From Mantamonas sphyraenae STR306 (taxonomy: Eukaryota > Protista > CRuMs): 64,000 nt of DNA. The translations under genes and the position numbers were made by a program. Shown piece by piece: positions 59,998-64,000 of this stretch (position 1 is its first letter; each line of letters begins with the position of its first letter). The notes under the pieces are model-generated. The model searched no databases. It was not told where the DNA came from and was given only the letters and a program-made list of their open reading frames with translations. The DNA lies in assembly GCA_026936335.1 (NCBI GenBank), contig JAPMXV010000058.1:124001-188000 (forward strand), in the 5' to 3' direction.

Positions 59998-60313
59998 TGT
60001 GTGTGTGAGGTTTTGTTTTTGGTTGGCGGCGAGTGTGGGTCAGGGGTGATGGCAAGACGAGGAGATGGGAAAGGGGGAGGGGAAAACGGGTTGTGGGGTT
60101 ATTGGGTTACGAAGGAAGGGAAGGTGGGTGCAGAAGTGCAATTGACAGGGTGGATGGGTGGCAACCGCGAAGGAAGCCCCAACCAAACACCAACCTCGAC
60201 CCACCTTTGGACTGAGTGCCCATCAAAGCAAACAGACCAGTGAACACAGCGAGGAATAGCACACAAGAACAACAACCAACCAACACACACAAAAAGAATC
60301 GAAAAAAAGAAGG

Positions 60314-63006
60314 ATGAGCAGCAAGTCGACACGAGAGATGATCCGCAAGGATCGTGCGTTGCTGAGGAAGCAACAGGAGGAGACGAGGGAAAAGGAAGAA
60401 GCAGCAGCAAAACGGAAGAATGAGCGACTGTCGACACGGGAGCTGATGCGGCAGCAGCGAGAAGCGTACCTGAAGCAGATGAAAAAGGGAAGCAGTGCAG
60501 GAGGTGATGGTGATGCTGTGCAGGATGAACAAGGCAAGGAGAATGTGAGCGTGGTGATGACAGGTGACAAGATGGATGATTTCCAGGTGGCTGTGCCCTC
60601 CTCTTCAAGCAAGGTGGAGATTGTTCAGCCGACGCTGGAAACGGCGACGTTTGGCGAGGGCCCTGCGGAGCAGTTGCTGGAGATGGTGTGCCAGGACGGC
60701 TCGCTACACGTGCCCAAGTTCCTTGCGTACGAAAGCGAGTGCATCCGACTCATCATGGATGGCTATGGTAGGTGTGCGGCGTGCGGACAAGAGTTCCGGC
60801 GGAATTCCCGATTCCTGACAACCGTTGCCATCGCGCGCGCGCTCCCCTTGCAGGCGAGTACCTGGAGCGACAGGAAGAGCGTGTGAGCTTCCCCACGTAT
60901 GACAAGGCCACGACGCTGCGTGTGTTTGACTACGTGTACCTCGATTGGTACCACAATCAGGACGACGCGTACTGGACACAAGCCAAGGCACGTGTGGAGG
61001 CCATGGAGGGCAACACAGACTCAGGAGACGAAGCAGATGTGCCTGGGATGGAGTATGATGCACGTTGGGTGCGTGATGAGGATGGTAAGAACACACGTCG
61101 TCGCACTGTGTTCCACTACAGGATTGGGACGGAAGAGATGGTGGATCTGTGGCTGGCTGCACACTACTTTGGCGTGCACAGCTTCCTTCGCTTCCTGACA
61201 AAGATGGTGGTCGACCATTTGGAGGTGCTGGACTTTGGGGACACCGATGAAGAGGTGTTGGCATCGCTGGAGGATCCCAGCGACCTTGCCCTGCCCCAGG
61301 ATTTGGCAGAGGCGATTGCGCAGCTGAGTGACCCGCTGACCTTGGCTCGCTTCCAACACGAACACCCGCTGATCATGGCCGATGTGGACCTGGGTGCGTT
61401 TTGGAAGCAACGGTGTGAGGAGGCGGATCTGCGTGGTGACAAGGCCAGCGACATTGAGATCAGCTGGCGGTCGCTGTGGCTGGAGAACGAGTTTGCCCTG
61501 CGTGCAGCAAAGGTGATTACACAGGAGGACTACGAAGCGTTGATGGAGCACCAGGAGGCGTGTTGGTCGTACATTGAGCGTGTGGTGATCCCAGCGTCGT
61601 TCTTCCAGCTGGCCGAGTTTTCCGTGTCGTCGTTTGTGTCACAACACATGACCCGGCTCAAGGTGTTGGAAGTGCGCAACGTGTTTATGGACGAATCGCA
61701 GGTGGCAATGCTGGAGGAGGCTTTGGTGGAGGTGTGTGCCCATGCCAACCTGCAATCGCTGCGCTTGGTGGAGTGCAATCTGGGCGATCCGGAGCTTGCG
61801 CGACTGATGCGTCCGTGGACAGAGATGGACGATGCATCGCACGTGAACCTGAGCCACATTGACCTGAGTTCAAACAGGTTGACGGCGGGCGAGGGCACGG
61901 ATGTGCTTGTGCAGCTGCTTGCCAAGCTGCCGCGTCTCGCCGAACTGCGCTTGTGGGACAACTTTCTCGGCGTCCATCCCGTGGAGGGGTTCTTGCTGAG
62001 CAAGGATCAGATCGAACGCAACCGCACGGACAAGCGAGGCTTCTACCGATGCAGTGGGTGGGATAGCACCGTGGCGAGTGTGGTAGCGTTGGAGAAGCTG
62101 TGCGGTGTGTTGTGCAACAACACCAGCCTGCGTTCGTTGGAAATGGGCCTCAACAGGTTCCAGTGCACGGCCATGGTGACTCCGGTGGACTTTTTCACCA
62201 CCATGTTCACACACAACCACACGCTGAAGCGACTGGTGTTCACGGACAACCTGAACCTGGCCACGCATCGCACCATGCGCGAGGTGTTCCAGGACGCATC
62301 GCCGGTGGCACACGATCTGTTCCACAGCATGAGTGTGGCCGACACCCTGGAGGAGCTGCGTGTGGATGCCTGCGGCGTGTGTGACTCGGGCGTGCAACTG
62401 CTTGCCAAGGCGTTGCTGTCCAACACCACCCTCCAGGTGTTGCATCTGGGCAACAACATGATTGGCAACGAGGGCGCAGACACTGTCTCCGAGCTCCTTG
62501 TGCGCAACCACACCCTGCGTGCGGTGCGTCTGGGTGAGTGTGGCATCAGCGGCCCGGGCATGCGATCCTTCATCGAACGCATGCCCTACTGCTACGGCAT
62601 CCAGGAGCTCATGATGGACCGCAACAACATTGGCAATGACGTGGCCATCGAGGTGGCTAACATGTGTGCACAGACATTTGTGTATCCAGACGATGATGAG
62701 GATGAAGAGGAGGAGGAGGAGTTGGTCAAGGTGCGTGTTGACGACGAAGCAGGCTCTTCATCGTCGTCTTCATCCTCCTCCTCCTCCTCCACTGCTGTGG
62801 AAGAGCAAGAGGCATCTGAGGAGAAGAAAACGAAGCGTGGCCAGGTGCAGCTGCGTCGTGTGGACATCCGAGGCAACCCGCTGTCTGTGCGTGCCATGGA
62901 TGCCATCCGAGAGCTACTGGATGGCCTGGAGAACCCAGAGATGCATCCATTGTTGGAGTGGGATGGTGAGAGATTGGCACGTGGCCTGCGGCGGGGCACA
63001 GGGTGA
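60314..63006 (+). CDS. Elongin C-like + Elongin A/F-box-like + RI-type LRR fusion protein
   Basis: Intron 60768-60853 (GTAGGT..CTGAC..CAG) joins the two ORFs. EloC/Skp1-like 'IRLIMDGYGEYLERQEERVSFP..LRVFDY..VDLWLAAHYF'; EloA-like 'TLARFQ..FWKQRC..SWRSLWL'; many LRRs. Confidence 0.7.
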
Positions 63007-63122
63007 GGTTGGGATCCGATTTGGAAATCGAGATGCGCCGCGAGACACAGAGCATTTTGCCGTGGCAGCGTGGAAGAACCTGGAGAGCGCTGAGTGAGGG
63101 AGAGAGACAGAGCAGAGAGACA

Positions 63123-64000
63123 ATGGACGATTTGAGCAATGAGATGCGGAACAAAATGGTGTTGGATGACCTGATGGATGCAGAGACGCAGAGCGAGTTG
63201 TCTGCAGACACGGCTCTGGCGATCATGGAATCGGTGATGGAAGGAGGGTACGAAGAGACACCAGAAATGCAGGTAGAGGCGATGTTGCCTGGTCTCCAGC
63301 AAGGAGCGTATGCACATGGGGACTACGGGGACGATGAGAGCGTCAGCAGTGTACATGGAGAGTCGGACGCGGGATCGTCGTCCGGCAGTTCGTTGGCAAG
63401 GCTGCACATGAGCAACCAACACGCATGGTCATCGTCCGACACAGACACACCGCAGACGGAGGTGACGACGTCATCTTCCTCCCTGTTTGAATCCCGACAG
63501 ATGTGGTCGGATGTGGATGGAAGCGAGATGGTGAGTCCGTTGTCAGACACCACGTTTGGGTCGGTGGAACTCAACCTGAAGGGGTTCATGGGTGTGTTGC
63601 AAGGCAATGACCTCGAAGAGATGGTCATGGGATTGACTGCAGACAGCGATCAGATCATTGCTTTTCGCTCGCCCGTGGCCTTGTCCGACACACCCACACG
63701 CGTTGTGCTCGGGATGGAGGGTGGTGATGGCAAGGGCAAAGGCAAGGAGGGTGGTGGTGTGGACACGTGGGAAGCAGTCAATACGTTGACGAAACGGACC
63801 AAGGTGGACGTGGAACGGGCATCGCAGGGGAAACTGAACATGGGACGTAGCCTTTGCAGACCGGCAGTGCAACGTGTGGGAGGGAGGGATCTGGTGGTGA
63901 CAGGCACAGACACGCTGATGGAGAGCCAGCCAGAGATGCTGGTGTGTGGATACATCGACGGGAACGAGGTGCGGCTGGCCGAGGTGCCACGTGAGTATGT
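63123..64000 (+). CDS. Uncharacterised protein, 3' partial
   Basis: Open frame from ATG 63123 (MDDLSNEMRNK...) to a GTGAGT donor near 63992; acidic/Ser-rich N-terminus. Confidence 0.6.
   Translation, partial: MDDLSNEMRNKMVLDDLMDAETQSELSADTALAIMESVMEGGYEETPEMQVEAMLPGLQQGAYAHGDYGDDESVSSVHGESDAGSSSGSSLARLHMSNQHAWSSSDTDTPQTEVTTSSSSLFESRQMWSDVDGSEMVSPLSDTTFGSVELNLKGFMGVLQGNDLEEMVMGLTADSDQIIAFRSPVALSDTPTRVVLGMEGGDGKGKGKEGGGVDTWEAVNTLTKRTKVDVERASQGKLNMGRSLCRPAVQRVGGRDLVVTGTDTLMESQPEMLVCGYIDGNEVRLAEVPREY

Noticed and set aside
60768-60853. Apparent frameshift in the (CG)n run between ORFs 60314 and 60772
   Set aside because: Explained by a canonical 86-nt intron (GTAGGT..CTGAC..CAG).
1-64000. CRISPR arrays, tRNA or rRNA genes, prokaryotic operons
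   Set aside because: None recognised. Repeats are coding trinucleotide tracts or intronic (CA)n, and the sequence is clearly spliceosomal eukaryotic.

Overview
A GC-rich, very gene-dense stretch of a eukaryotic (probably protist) nuclear genome. Most introns are short GT-AG introns with a CTRAC-type branch point, and intergenic gaps are often under 100 bp. I can support about 27 genes, mostly housekeeping: CTDSPL2-like, GUP1/HHAT-like, leishmanolysin, MED21, MSH5, SIN3, UQCR11, Der/EngA, PRKRIP1, a TBC RabGAP, FAH, DYM, Patched/NPC1-like, ARV1, RPL39, ITFG2, ECHS1 and NDUFB2. The standout is the first 4.8 kb. An intronless ORF of more than 1,536 aa, open past the left edge of the window, ends in a Fanzor/TnpB-type RuvC domain with the Fanzor-style rearranged catalytic triad (GYDPG ... 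VGYGAA ... HEPQTSK ... HKDRSAAINI). Its zinc ribbon looks eroded and its N-terminal extension is very long and unassigned. It is followed by about 200 nt of nested hairpins exactly where an omegaRNA is expected. This is a candidate giant, divergent eukaryotic RNA-guided nuclease locus. All assignments come from motif recognition by eye, not database searches, and exon models were inferred manually.
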